From positions 5,952,001 to 6,016,000 of the forward strand of contig CM114271.1 in the NCBI GenBank assembly GCA_050084515.1: a DNA stretch of 64,000 nucleotides, read 5' to 3'. Shown piece after piece: positions 26,171-40,048 of this stretch. Positions within the stretch are counted from its first letter, which is position 1; each line of letters begins with the position of its first letter. A program made the translations under genes and the position numbers. The notes under the pieces were generated by a model. That model worked only from the letters and a program-made list of their open reading frames with translations. It was not told the origin of the DNA and searched no databases. This DNA is from Blasia pusilla (lineage: Eukaryota).

Positions 26171-27644
26171 TTATTGCGTTCCATCCTCAATGTCTTCCTC
26201 TTCTATTGAATGTTCTAGTTGCATCTTCAGCTGCTCAAGAGGGCCCCAGGATGGCTTCAATTTCACATCAACACACTTGCAGGAGTTCACATTTAAATTT
26301 ACTCCACAAGTCAGACATAGACCCTTACAGTTCCCAGAGCACAATGACTTCGATGGAATCTCTAAATGAACCGTGTCCCGAAGATACTTGGAGAGATCAA
26401 TCTCTTTCGCATCACGGGGGAAGTGGAGCTTGTCATCCAAGTCGAGGTCAAGGCCATCTTCCATATCACTGGGACCCAGGTGGGTGTTCTCGCCGAGAAC
26501 AACACCAATTCTTTGTTGTGTTGGTTCCTTCACAGGCTTCTCAGTTAAGAGCACACTGAATTCTGCAAACACTCTCTCGATGACCGGTGAAAGACACCTG
26601 CAGGCAACAGAAACATCCATCAACACATACTCCTAAATGTGCAATGGGCTACCCACCACATGTTGTAGTATGTAGGACCTCCACATTTTCCCTCACAAAC
26701 CTTGGATACCATTTTCTACACTCAGTTAGTCCATAGTTGCAAGACTGGGGACTTCCAAACCCACAGATTCTTCTAGATCCAGATGCACATGATCACGGAC
26801 ACCTTGGACGTACCAACACCGATCCACGTAAATCTAGACGTCATAACGACATTTTGCCCATGTCGTTCGTAAGCACATGCCAACAGCGCTACTGACACAT
26901 CATAGTCTCCACCAGAGGAAAGATCCGTGCAACTTCACAAACTAAAACTATCTTATATGCCATCCATGCCCTATACCATGTCCTCATTCCAAGCATTCAG
27001 TACTCCTAGCAACACGGAGTTCATTGAAATTTCCACTTTCCAGTTTTAGTTTTGAGTTACATGATTAGAAGACAATACCTGTTGCAGCAAAGACTGATTG
27101 CTGTGCGCACAAGTCCGTCCAATCGGAAGTCCCTGCCTTCTCTGGTTACGTCAATCGAGATGCCAACAGGGGTAACCTGTTCAAGTGAACTTTCAGGACT
27201 CTTGATTGCTACTCCTATCGAGTGTGCTAGGGATCTGGATGGCTCGGATGACAATACAGCCAGACCCAACCTTTCCAGGGAGGTTTGAAACTCGTAGTGA
27301 TTCCGAGTAGCACTTCGCTTGAAAACAACTGCTCCAAGCCATGGTTCTAACTCCTCAGCCCTCTCTATTTCCTCTAAATTACCATCATCCCTTAGGCTGC
27401 CACGGTCAAGGGGGAGGGCTGCTCGCTCGAAAAGGCTATTTTTGCTGCTCCTGTTGAAAGGTTTTGAAAAGGCCTTCACTGGGTTGTAAGATAGAGTGGA
27501 TTCACAAAAATGTACTCTTCTACTCCATTTCCAGCTGCTCTTGCACAAGCTGACTGAACTGATTGATTGGTGATCGGGGCATGCTCTTGCAATGTACTCA
27601 GATAAGCCCAGTGTATTGTCTCCTAATTTTACAAGTGAAACCAT
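26171..27644 (-). CDS. DUF177A: DUF177/YceD-family chloroplast 23S rRNA accumulation protein, 330 aa; exons 27644-27079 and 26597-26171
   Basis: A GT-AG intron joins ISLCCNR|CLSP. Motifs PWLGAVVFKR..LERLGL, RLDGLVRT, CNRC, IDLSKYLRDTVHLEIP, C..NCKGLC..CG.NLN and WGPL. N-terminus resembles a transit peptide. A leader-intron acceptor lies just upstream of the ATG. Confidence 0.93.
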
Positions 27645-27907
27645 ACTCTCCTGCTAGAGTTCTAAAAGAAAATCCCGAACACAGCCCAGGCGTGTTTGTG
27701 TTGCTGAACAGGCAGTAAAAGCTCCAAACTGCTGTTACAGGGAAAAAAGATCTTAGTTTTCTTCTATCCACAGACCCGATTTTTGAAAAGAATCTAGTGG
27801 CTTAACAAAAAAGCTACGAAAACAATCAGCAAAGCTACGAAGCTAAGATTGATAACCATATTTGCCATACTACAGTCTATCCATAAAGGGGTGAAGATTC
27901 AGCCTGG

Positions 27908-28064
27908 ATTAATGTTAATTATCTAAAGCAGCAGCGAGTGAGCTGACTTCTGACCTAAAATTCAGAGTATCTGCAATACAAGAATAAAAGAATACTTGCA
28001 GATACTCTGAATTTTAGGTCAGAAGTCAGCTCACTCGCTGCTGCTTTAGATAATTAACATTAAT
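27908..28064. repeat. Perfect 69-bp inverted repeat with 19-nt loop
   Basis: 27908-27976 is the exact reverse complement of 27996-28064. Confidence 0.97.
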
Positions 28065-30199
28065 TATCTAAGATACACTCACCGGGAATAAAAGAAATAC
28101 TGGTCAGTTTTTTTCCAGATTAGAATTCGGCGCCTCAAAAGTCACTGCTTTTTTAAGGCGACTTTTGGACTTGTCCAACTCCTCTGCCACATCCAGTTTC
28201 AGAGCCATGTAGTGAGTGTGATGACCAAAAAGATCCGAGATAAATGGGTGAGAGAGTCCACCATCCTACATTTTAAAAGAGACACTGTCCATTGATATTA
28301 TCCCTACTTTAGTAATCACTTCTGCCGCAACAGGAGAGGAGGTCGATATCATGCAAAACGATTCAGATTGAATTTTAAGGAGCAAGGGAACTGCTCTTCC
28401 AACCCTCAGCTCCACCCACAGAGGTAACAAACTACGAACAACTGTTAAGACAACTAAACAATACAACTCCGAATTCAAAATCAGCCCAACCACTACGATG
28501 CACACAGTAAGAGACGGATTGCCTGACTGCATTCACCAGGGCTAAGCACGGCAGATACCGCGTATAACCTTTTGGGAATTTGGGCATCAAAATGCACAAG
28601 TAAACGACTGTACTCACTCTGTTGGGAATTGATCAGAGTTTTGATGTCCGAGCGGAAGAAAATTGTACCCCTTTTCTGATAAACGCTCTGCAAAGAAAAA
28701 TGGGTCAAGACAGTCAATTGGAACGAGATCTCCTATTTCGATAAATCTTTTGGCACTTAACCTGTACAACCTGTAAGAATCATCGATTACAGAAATTCTA
28801 TCATTTTGCCACATCATTGCCTGCCAGCGCCCAGTGGCTACACGGCTGCAAAAATAATATCCCACATTGGCGCAAGCAAGAAACCGACGTCTCGTACCCT
28901 TTCGAGAGGTAGACTCTTGAGCTCTTCACAAGCGACCTCCAACTGGTGGACCTGGACAAGCAACGTAAGAAATTCGGATGTGTTAGAGGAGCGCCAGCAG
29001 AATATCCTCGAGTCAACCACTGGAAATTAAACTCCTCAATACAAACATTAGGCCTCCATTCTGTCTGCTCCGCCGTCCGTCAGATCCTCCGACCCACAGA
29101 CTACGGCAGTAGAAACCGCTCCTTTGCGCCAGATACGTCCGACTTCAAAACCTAGAGAAATTATACACGCGTACACGTACAGACAACTTCGGCCTACACA
29201 ACCGTCCCTCAAGCACACGAGAGAGAATAAATGAATGAAAGAAGCGATTTACTGTCCACAGGGAGCCCATGGGACTAGAATATGCAGATTGTGGAACAAG
29301 GTAGAGCAAAATCAATGAGGACTACGAGGTCCTCTGCTCCAGGTGATGCTCTGTAGCGTGCACACACCTGTGTAAGAATCTAGAGAGATGGAGAGAAACG
29401 CGGAGCTTACGGCAGTAGACAACTGCTCCTTGGTGAATTCGTCTTTCAGCACCATCGCTTTGGCAGTTCTCATGAGCTGCGACGCGCGCGGACTGCAATC
29501 CCAATTTGCCTTTCCCTGAGGAACCTTATCCTGTCGTGTGACTCCTGTCAAGAGCCTGCGCTTTTTGCGGGTATTAACTGTAAACCCCTCGAGCCCCCGA
29601 AACTCGGGCCAAAACCTCTCTCTTTCGTGTCCCTCTCCTCTCGCCTTCGGGAAGCTGTCACACTAGTAGGGCGTGTCAACATGGAAGTCCGTATTCCCGT
29701 CGATGCGAGCGGGCAGGAGCGGGATGACCGTAGGCGACCTATGCTCATTCTACATGTTGTCCACAATATTATCTTCGGATCTTTCTTATGATTCATACAA
29801 TACATTGTCATTCATAATGTTATCTCAATATCATTTTCTTTATTATTTGCAAAAGTGGTTTTTTGGGAGATGTGGAATTATTTGTGTTAATCTATAGGAG
29901 GTTGAGGTGATGATGAGCCCATGTTTTGGCACAAGGGTGATTGTTACACGGAGCGGCGGCCGCGAAGAAGACTCATTTATGTAGTTGACTTCATGATGGA
30001 CATCGATTCGTCTCCCATAACCACAGAAATGCATGGGACTACGGGGGAGAGGTTTGACTCGTTGACACGAATTCGGTGAGTATTCGTTAGCACGACAAAA
30101 TTGCTATATGATCATGTAAGACTTTCAAGCATGGTTGTTCCAAATGAACATTATTCTTGTTATATGCATATATGATATGCACAGTTGGATTTGAGTATT

Positions 30200-32300
30200 C
30201 TAATCCTATATCTATAAGAAGATTATTCAACCAAACTTAACTTATTGATATGCTTCCATGTTTTCTCCTCTACAGTCTCCTTTGATTGAAGATAAGATAA
30301 CAATTAGTTGTTTCATTAAAGCCCTAATCATTGTAGTAGAGCAAAATGCCAATATGTACCAAGAAGTAAATCTTATATCAATATATCAAATTGAATTTAA
30401 CTTCAAATGCTCAAACGATGATCGAGTTATGAAGTCCAAAATGAATTGTGAACTTCATTGCTCATAGAATTCTTCTTATCACGTTATGATGGGCTTTCCA
30501 TGGCTATTCTCTCAACTAATTTACCAAATGAACCCTACAATTGAGATCTAGTTTTTTATTGTCAAATAGACCAAGCTACCAAACATACGAGCATAAATGT
30601 GGGATTAGTTATCTTTTTATTTTCATCCGTTGTAAGCTGTTAGCTCTAGTCGATTGGTGTCGAGATTGGTTTGCATGTTGTCATGTTCAACTTAAAGGCT
30701 TATCAACAACATTATAGTCTTGAAGTAGTCATGTATCATGTCCATCCTTAATACATTCTACACCAAGTTAGAAAGTATTTGAGTTCTCCCAAGTCCTTCA
30801 ACTCAAACTCGGCTTGCGACTAACCTATAATCTTCTATATGAATTGCTAGATGCTACCTATTCCTATCAGATCACAATTATACTAGATGATGACCAAAAT
30901 CATACGTCTTGATAATCTTGGTGAAGAATATTTAGAATGAGAAATATGAACTAGAAAACTAAAATCTAAGTGTCTTTAAGAACTTACTAATCTTACCATA
31001 CCAAGATCTCGGAGTTTTTTTTTAATCATAATTACAGGATGGTAGGCAAGATTACATTGAGTCTTAGAAGGATCCTTTTTAGTATTTATTTTAGGAGATC
31101 ATTATGATTTGTTACCTTAGGGATAATACATGTATGCATGTCACCTTTCTATTTTGTGTTGGATGGCACATTATTTATATTCTACTTGAACCAATGAAGA
31201 TGGAAATAATGCAATTAGTCTCATTTTGAAAAGCCTTTCTTTGCTTATCATGCATCTTCACTCTTATTAGAGAATAGGGTATAGAGGTAGTTAAGGGTGA
31301 GTACATAAAGTAGTTCAAGATGGTATTGATCTATTGTAGGAGTGGTAATATATATAAAATAGGTTAATGTAGTTCTCAACTTCTCAATTTGAAGCCAAAT
31401 TTGAAGCCCATTTTTAGAAATTACACCCCGAAAGTGATATATTGAAACAAGACTATGTTGAAATAAGAGTCTCTTGAGTTTAGAGAGGGATATTTGCTAT
31501 TAAGATTGCACATTTTTCTGTCTACTTTGTGTTTTAATTCACATTTCTTTGTTGAAAGCACAACATGTATTATATGTAGTATGTCTAAATGACATTGAGA
31601 GTACTAGAAAATTGGAACTTGGAGGATGTTGCCCTTCACAACTTCTTAGATATCTAAATATCTAAACTCATATTCAAAGATTAGAGAATGTACGTAATTA
31701 GGTCTATCCGTTGCTTATATGTAGATGTTGTATGATTCATACAATAGATGAATCTTAGATATGTGATGATGATAATCAGTGTATTTTGGTTAGCGATGTG
31801 TCTTCCCATAACTTGTTGGAGTCCATCAAAAGCCTTTTTCAATTCTCGTAATATTAGAGAAGGATTATCTAGATGCCCATAACTAGATAAAGGTTGGATT
31901 ATGTGGATTTTCTCCTCCAAGTTTCCCCATTGAGAAATGAATTCTTAAAATCTATATGATGCATTCTCCAACGTTTGCTACTTGCTAATATTAGGAGAAT
32001 TTTGATTGTCACAATCTCGATTACATAATCAAATGTCTCATTATAGTCCAAGATATATTTCTTTGCAAATCTCTTAGCTACTAACCTAACCATATATCTA
32101 ATGACATTACTAGCTGAAATTTTCTTTATTGGAAAATATCCATCCACGTTCAATTTCTTTCTTACCTTATAAGAGATCAACTAGATCCCAAGTTTTTGTT
32201 TTCTTCTTCGATTCTGCAAGATCTTCATCCATAGCTTTAACCTATTTTGGATTTTTTAATGTCTCTTCAAGAATGCTCGGTTAGTATATTTGAGGAGTCT
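30200..32300 (-). mobile_element. Ty1/Copia RT remnant, fragmented or interrupted
   Basis: YMVRLVAKRF..DYNETF..WRMHHIDFKNSFLNG (31899-32180), KKAFDGLQQ, KKTPRSWYGKI, EFELKDLGELKYFL and YARMFGSLVYLT. Confidence 0.85.
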
Positions 32301-33934
32301 TAATCATGTATGGATCGTGAATTGCCAAGAAGCCATTATGCATGAATTTTTGTAAGAAAATCCTCTTACCCTATTCGATGCTCTAAGTAGGGAAGTTGAA
32401 TAAGATTACAATCCTTCGTGCCATCATTTGTGGGAATACCCAATTGATGGACTATTATATGATGACATCTAGAACTTCACGTGCCCTACTAGACGGAATA
32501 AATTCTAGTCTAAACCTTCAAGATCATGTAGTTCTAGATTTCTAAAAAGTCATCTAGAAGGGTGTGTCAATTCTAGGATTGAGTGAATTCCAATCCCTTA
32601 CTAAGAGCACATAAAACATTACTAGTGGATGGAGGACCACATCAAAAGTACAGAAGGGGTGGTTTAAAAACCCAACCAAATTTATGGCCACAACCGATTA
32701 GCCATAGGAGGAAAGGGGGAGCCCTCCTAAATGCTAGTTTTACCACAATATTTTAAATACAAATCAACAAATAGCTATGGATATATTTGCCTAGTGGAAA
32801 GAAGGCAACTCGTACATTGGGATTCCCATATGCCTAAAGGTATGAATGTGATATGGCAAACGTAAATCATAATTTAGGACATGCTATTCTAGGCTTAAGT
32901 AACTACATTAAGCATCACTCATGATATTATTCATAAAATCCTGGGCTAAAGTACAAAACTTGAAGACTCCTACGAATTTAAATGGAGCAATTTAGTAATG
33001 TTGAAGGAGCATATGCCCGTTTGGCATGCTGTTGCTAATTTATGTAAGGTGGGATAAGAAGTCTAAGACAACAGAATAAACTAGAAAATTAACTTATCCT
33101 CATTCTCATCGATAATGATTGAATTTGATCTCCTGAAGAGGCTAAGATGAATTCCTTATTACTCAACCTGAAAACTGAACCTCACATACATTTTCCAACA
33201 TTTCTTAGTGATCTCAAGATGGTAAAATGAGGATTCATAGACATAAAAGCCTAGCCCCAATACTTTCGTAGTATTTTGAAGCCACTTACTCCTGAACTCT
33301 GAAGCGTTCTTATTTTAGTCTAAACCTTTGTCCTCCATCAATACTAGTGAGATGTCCATGCTATGCGCAGGTAAGGGGAGGCATCCGTCAAATCCTTGGC
33401 ACTCATACTTTAGAATTTTTCTTAAATCCAACATCTTGTTGGCTCATAAATCGAACGACCCCATTGACTAAAAATGCCAAGTGTCAAGAGGAAAGAAACT
33501 TGTAAAATGAAAGGGCACTTTCCAATAATAGATTATTTCCAATTAACTCTTTTAAAGATATCTAAACTACATCCATAATTTTTTTTATCATGCTGCTCAC
33601 TTGGATCTTACCATGGGCTACTGATATATGTGGATTCGTTGTCATAGTTTTAACCATATACACACTCAAGTTCTCAAAACTCTCTTGGGAGCTCCAAGAG
33701 AGTGAGTCTACAAGTATCTATTTAGTTATTTAGTGCTATAAAAACGTAACGTACATTCATATCGTGCTCAGGCTCCTTTCGTGCGACTCTCAGACAGAAT
33801 AATTCCAAAAAAAATCTGAAAATGTGGCAAGAAAGGAGGAAAGGGATTGGTGTTGAGTACGAGTAGGAGTTGGAGTGCACGTACTACTTTCGTGATGAGG
33901 GCCCCCCTTAGGCGATACTCGAGTGATCTACTGT

Positions 33935-36900
33935 CTAAATTCTTATGTATTCGACTCCGTAGTATGTTTCTAGGGTCAGACCTTCGCCACCCACAGTGAC
34001 ATCGGTCTGACCCTTGGGATGGTAAGATTTTCTCTCATGAAGAGGAGTAGCCGATTCTCCGGGGAACACCATAGTGTCCCAGCCATATTCCATATTTGTT
34101 GTTAAAGGTCGAACCAATGTCTCGGCGGGTCCGAGTGGATCCCTCCGATGTTTGCCTTTCATCTCCACAATCTGCATTACTCAGACAGTGATCTGTTAGA
34201 TCTGCAATGCACTTCATGTTAGAGAGAATGCATCGCTTTCCAAGACCATGATTTCAAGGACGTCTTGTTACTTGAAAGGATTCTGCATCTATATCCAGTA
34301 CTTCGAACACTGAAGTATCTAAAAGGGTGAAAACTAGATGGGTGCCAGACTCTTTGTGAGAATGCTTTGCTCAGCAGTAGGCTAACTTGTACAGCAGCAG
34401 AGGATGTGCAGTTTATGCAAGCATCTTTTAACGTTACTAGCAAGAAGGATCGATGTCAGGTTTACTTCGAGTACCTCAGAGTTTAGAATTTTTTTCCTGG
34501 GTAGTGGATTGCCCACCAAAGCTGCATCAGTCAATCAAATGTAAGCTCAAAGGGATGCTCAATCTGTGAGGTGATTGATATCATTTGAAATCGTTTCACT
34601 AAGTGAGACAATCCAGATTTGTGCATTCTCATTGGCAACCTCATGCTATTGTGCCAGGACAACGAAATAAACATCCATGTCTGCATCTCATAATAAACAC
34701 TCTCCATGGGAACTCTCGTATTCCTCACTTACTTTTTGCTACCTTGGTCACAACCGGTGGCGGGCTCATAACTGTATCAGCTGCCATTTAAAAAAGTCGA
34801 GTTTTGTCAGTTTGGACAGTCCCACATAGTTCCCCCGTAAGTATTCACTCCTGTGTCTGATGACCATTTTTCATTTTAAGCATCTACCGCAACTTAAGGT
34901 ATCATGGTGATGCTCTCGAATTTGAACTTGCATCCCTAAGTTTGATCTGATTCTCGAGCTAACATTGGACTTCCTCGGCATAAAAGCTGAATCTGGAATA
35001 CTGATAAAAATCCAGAATGACTGTCATTCTGGAGAACTGAAACCACTCTGTGATAAAAACCACCCACTCTGCCCTTGCAACTGTATTTCTAAGTGGCCTA
35101 AGCTGTTCCTTAATTGTAAGAACCATACATCACAAAGGGAGATGATAATGATACATTGGAGAGGTTGCGATCTAAATCTTACAATGCTGGTAAAAGTCTT
35201 TTGCAAAGGCAGTTTTAGCTACCTTGCAAATGTTTTAGGTTCTCAGCGAACATTTCGTAGCTTATATTTCCTGGTTGACAAGGGAAGTATCTGTACAGAA
35301 GCAACCAGGTGGTCATTTTCGAAATTCATTCACAAAGAGTAACGATTACAAGACAGGTTCAAGTTTTCACAAAGAGCCATTTGAGTTGCATTGACTTGCA
35401 CACCTGACATTGGGTCGTAGTGACTAGCTGATGGCATGGTAGAGTTCGTAATATACTGGCTGAACAGTCGTGCACAAAGGAAAAAGACTGCAACGACCAG
35501 AGATCTACTAAGTCTCCTCTTACATCCACAGAAGCCATGGAACCAGGAAGTTGACCATTTACAAACATAAAATTCTGCGAAGTCAAATAACCAATGACAC
35601 AAAGGAGCACTACAAGCACTTTAAACTTTCATAAAGATCTGCGGTGTAGGCCGGCTATGGCCAGTGTACCATAATTACCATGATTGTGGTGACTCCCTAC
35701 CAATTTCTTGAACTTCAGAGACAGCGGTCTTGGGCTTGTAAATCTTATCACCGAGACTGTCTCACTATTTCAAAGGTGAGCAGAAACTTAGGCACGTTGA
35801 TTTCCTATCAATGAAGACCAAAGAGGGCTAAGCAAGACATGAAGACTAGGCAACAGCCTTGCATGCCAAAAAGAATTGAAATAGGCTCTACTGTCTACTG
35901 TACTCTGTTGAATGGTGTTTGTCACAGACTTACGACTGTAGAGATGAAGAATAGAATATGACAGAGGGTGATTCCTCATAAATTTGTAGTGCCTACTATA
36001 CCCTTGAGACCACAGATCCCACGCCCTAGTAGGGTTGTGGAAATAACACAGATGAATGCAGGAGAAATACGAGACAAAATCATTATGTAACACCATATTA
36101 AAACCCTTCCTACAAAACACAGGAGATGTTACTTCGAAGTGGTCTTTCTCCCCTTCAAGCAATCCGACATTAACAGACTATGGTTTTCTCATATCTGATC
36201 TCACCTGTACGCATCCATCTTCCTAGGATGCGTAAAGGTGGAAAGGTATTGCATGTCCTGGTTGAACTAAATCCCGGTTCATCACTACCAGGCTTGTCAC
36301 TTAGGTTAGTCATGCATGCCACTGCATTATTTGCACAGCTACAACATGGGTGGCGAGAGTTATCCTCTAACTGTAGACTGCCAAACCATGTGACGAAGAC
36401 AAGGAGGCAAGCATTGTCAAAAAATTATTTGAATTGCCTAAGAAACCATACTAGCTACCATTCCTCACCTTTCACTGTCATGGGCCTATCAACATAAAAG
36501 TAAAAATAGGGTCCACCAGACAGCACTCATGCCCAAAGCCCATTCACATGCCACTCATGATTGGCATAACCTAGTGACAATTTCCTTGGTAGTGTTCCTG
36601 ATGAATAGCCTTAGAGAGCAGCTACTCAGGCCATTTATGAGTTGTATTTCCCAGGCCTTTGATCCTCCACCTATTCCTTTTCCAAAAAAGGAACAAGAGG
36701 AGCAGTTCGTATTTTCCATCGAAGTAATGAAAAACTTTCAGCCTCTCAAATTACACCGGATAGCAACTTAATGATGGGCTTGACAACCTGCTTAAACTGC
36801 TCACTTGAAAAATAGAGCTTGGCCTTATGAAAGCCCTAAAAGTTGGAACAGATGTAAATTCATCTGAGTTTTAACTCATATCCCCTACCATTAACTTGAC

Positions 36901-38123
36901 TCCCAGAGCACAATCTGCAATGACTAGTAGGTTCCTTTTCCTATTTGCAATCCACCTCAACTTGTGATAAAACCCCAAACCGCCCCTCCTACATTCTGAG
37001 GATCCTGAATGAAGTCATTTTGAACATTAGGAACATGACCCCACACCATTACTTCTAAGCATGGAATTCAAACTGAGTTGTGACAATAAAATTATGACAA
37101 TGGTAGCCATCCAGCATGCCCATATCCTCAATTATGCAAGGTGTGCTTTGAGGAAATAGCACCATCAAGGTCAGCAGACCAACAGCATCAGGACCATTAA
37201 CCATCTACTTCCCTGTGAGCATTCGTGCAATATCTGCCACAGCCCTTTTATTCTAGCTGTTCCAGATCATTGAATTAAATAAGCAATATTTCAAGTTAAT
37301 ACAGAATATTTCAAGTTGACATATTACATAGATATTGTTGTTTGCCTACATTTAGAGGATTCAGAAGAAGAAAGAAATTTGATCACAGAATAAGTAAGTC
37401 CTGAATTAAAAGGGTCTTTAACATTTTTGAGGAAAACTCATTATTTCCCAAATGATCTCTACAGTTGGATACTTATCACCAAGGAGTTTTCTTTACAAAA
37501 GATTAAGATTTCAGGAAATCCACTGATCTTTCTTTGGAAGTCTGTATGATCATTTGTTGCAACATACACAGATAATTCTGTCATCCTCTCTAGACTCGTG
37601 ACCAAATCCTTTAACCACACTCCAAACAGTACACACAGATTTCACATTCAAGAACCCTCTCTCGAGTCTTAACCAAAGCTGCAGGCGCAGGTGTTGATCA
37701 TAGGTGGCGAAAGTGTACAGAATGATTACAGAAAAGTTCATCCGCCAGCCGGACGCACAAAATGGAAGCTGGTTCTTTCTGTGTCCAGGAGCAGAGTGGC
37801 CCAAGTGACCTCAACACTTGCGGAATTTGGGAAGAGGAAAAAAAAACCACAAAAGTGACAGGTTTTTCTCTTCTCAGTCCATACCTCAACACTAAATCCA
37901 TCTCAGATGGCGTAAGTTGCCTTCCTATGGCATCTGTGAAGACTTGTGGTAGTATGGCTCTCCTGATAGAATCTTCGTTCAAATTCTCATGCCCCTTCTT
38001 AAGAAACACTTCCAGAAAACGTTTCCTGGGTACGTCCTTAATGCTTCCACTCAATGGGCGACGCTGAGCATGGAGCAACGTTTTAGGATCCCCAAAATAG
38101 GTCATGCCAAAAATTGTCGCCAT
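33935..38123 (-). CDS. Putative flagellar microtubule-inner protein (FAP85/RIB22/TEX49-like; EF-hand-like region plus SNYG-type motif), 196 aa; exons 38123-37885, 35290-35223, 34521-34475, 34171-33935
   Basis: Four GT-AG exons with compatible phases total 591 nt: MATIFGMTYFG..EMDLVLR|YFPCQPGNISYEMFAENLKHLQ|ALVGNPLPRKKILNSE|IVEMKGKHRRDPLGPAETLVRPLTTNMEYGW..TDVT..EG..TYYG. Family assignment is from recalled motif similarity, not a search. Confidence 0.72.
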
Positions 38124-40048
38124 CTATCTGCAACACTACACAGAAACCATCAATTCCAGTTCATGTGGAGAAGAAACGCAAGGGAGCCCAATCCAAACCC
38201 TGAAATCACCAGTCGAGGCGAACCACCGAAGTGCATCACCTTTGTAGAGGAGGAAACCCTTAATGCCCTGAGTAATGCAGTGGTACTAACCGCACCTCAC
38301 AATTCATATAGAGGGGGAAAACGGCCCGAGATTTCGAAATTCAAGTCCAGATTTATCCAGGTTTTGCTCTGCAGCTCGCTCTTGCCTATTTCTCCATTCT
38401 GCCAGAACTCTGGCTCCCAAAACTACATCCGCCCATTAGTTTTCTGCAGTCGTCCAGGGTACCACCCAGGCTCTGGAATCCTGAATGGGTAGAGTAATTA
38501 GTAGCACCTCTATGACCTAATTGGCCAGCCCAGGTCGTGCTTTTGATCAAGGTTCGAGTAGGGCACACGAATTCAGTGACAGAAAGAATGCCCTCGAAGG
38601 CTATACCATCGTATACCGTGTGGGCATGGGGATCGGCAGATTCGGAGAGTTCGAGCATAGATCCCAACGATCGTCCCGACTCAGTCATGTGCGCGTTGGT
38701 TCTGTGTTGTAACACCAACCAGCTACACGAGGCCAATCACAATCCACGAATTCGCTGGGGAATTGAAAATGGTGGCAAAAGTAACTTACAGTGTTTCGCA
38801 ATGGCGTTGCCAAACAGTATCGCAGTGAAGTCACGCTCCCCAATCTTCAAAAGGTACGCATAATCCTGTATCTGAAGGTCAGAACGAGGAAACAATAGCC
38901 GAAGGTCAATCCATTCGTGAAAACCTGGAAACTGCAGACTCGTGAACCCAGCGTCCACGAGAGAATAATTCCGTAAAAATTCACAAGGCAAAGAGACGTG
39001 ACTAACGACTCACAGACTCAGCGTAGCCAGACTGAAACCGTATCTTTGGACTTCTCCTGAAGCAATCTAAGTAAGAGCTGAAGAATTTGGGAGGAATTCG
39101 CGATCGAGGTCCGCCGAGGAGAATTGTCGTTGTAGTCGGCCAGCATTCACAGGACATGTACGCAGCGACACAACTGTTGGTTGAAAACCTTACAAACTTA
39201 CCACTTCCCGAGCAATGTGAACAACCGGCACAAACAGACACGTGACAGTGGCCAGATCCGGAATTGACAAGCAGAAATAACTGCTCCCGATCCTTCCCAC
39301 TGTTGCTAGAGCTTGAAGAGAAAGAAACAATACTTTACTTTCAAGCACCATAAAACCGGACGCCCCCCTTCATGAGCGAGCGCCATTTACATCACATAGC
39401 CGAGCGGTCAGGAGGCATTATTCCTCGCAAACAGCCTCCAGCCACCTTTTCGCAACCAATTAATACTAACAATTAGATTACACTGACATTCTATCGTTCC
39501 GGTTGTAAAGAACCGGTCTGGCTTCTCATCTAACATCAAATTCCAAGTGCAAAGCATCTCGCCTCTCACTCTATCCATCATAGTCTGAATTTAATCCAAG
39601 ATCAATTTTCGTACACTATTGAGCTCATCCAAATCTACTTCCTTCCAGACGGTTCTCTGATCGATCGTGGTGATTTCCAGCACCTCCTCGTCTCTTGAAA
39701 AGCCAAATATACCACAGAGAGAGAGAGAGCCATATCGTAAAAGTAGATCAGGTCGTTTAGTAGCCAGAGCAAGAGGGTATCATTCAACCTCCCGCAAAGA
39801 GTGCCTCCTTGTAGAGTTCCACCCAGCTTGCCGCCCCCACTGGTGGATATCAGGAACTCCAGCTGTAATGCACATTTTGCTGATGAACATAAGAGCGGGT
39901 ACACTTCGTCGTCGCTTCCAGAGATAACAGGTGAGTAGTGTCCTCATCTCTTTCGACATGGTGAGCGCCACCACGCCTTATCTTTTTTCCTTTGCTGCAA
40001 CCAAAGCAGAATAACTTGGAGTAGGTGCATCTAACTGAGATGTTTGCC

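Noticed and set aside
36205-36222. Possible 18-nt micro-exon (AG|...CAG|GTGAG) of the flagellar gene
   Set aside because: It is not needed for frame or homology and coincides with a local palindrome.
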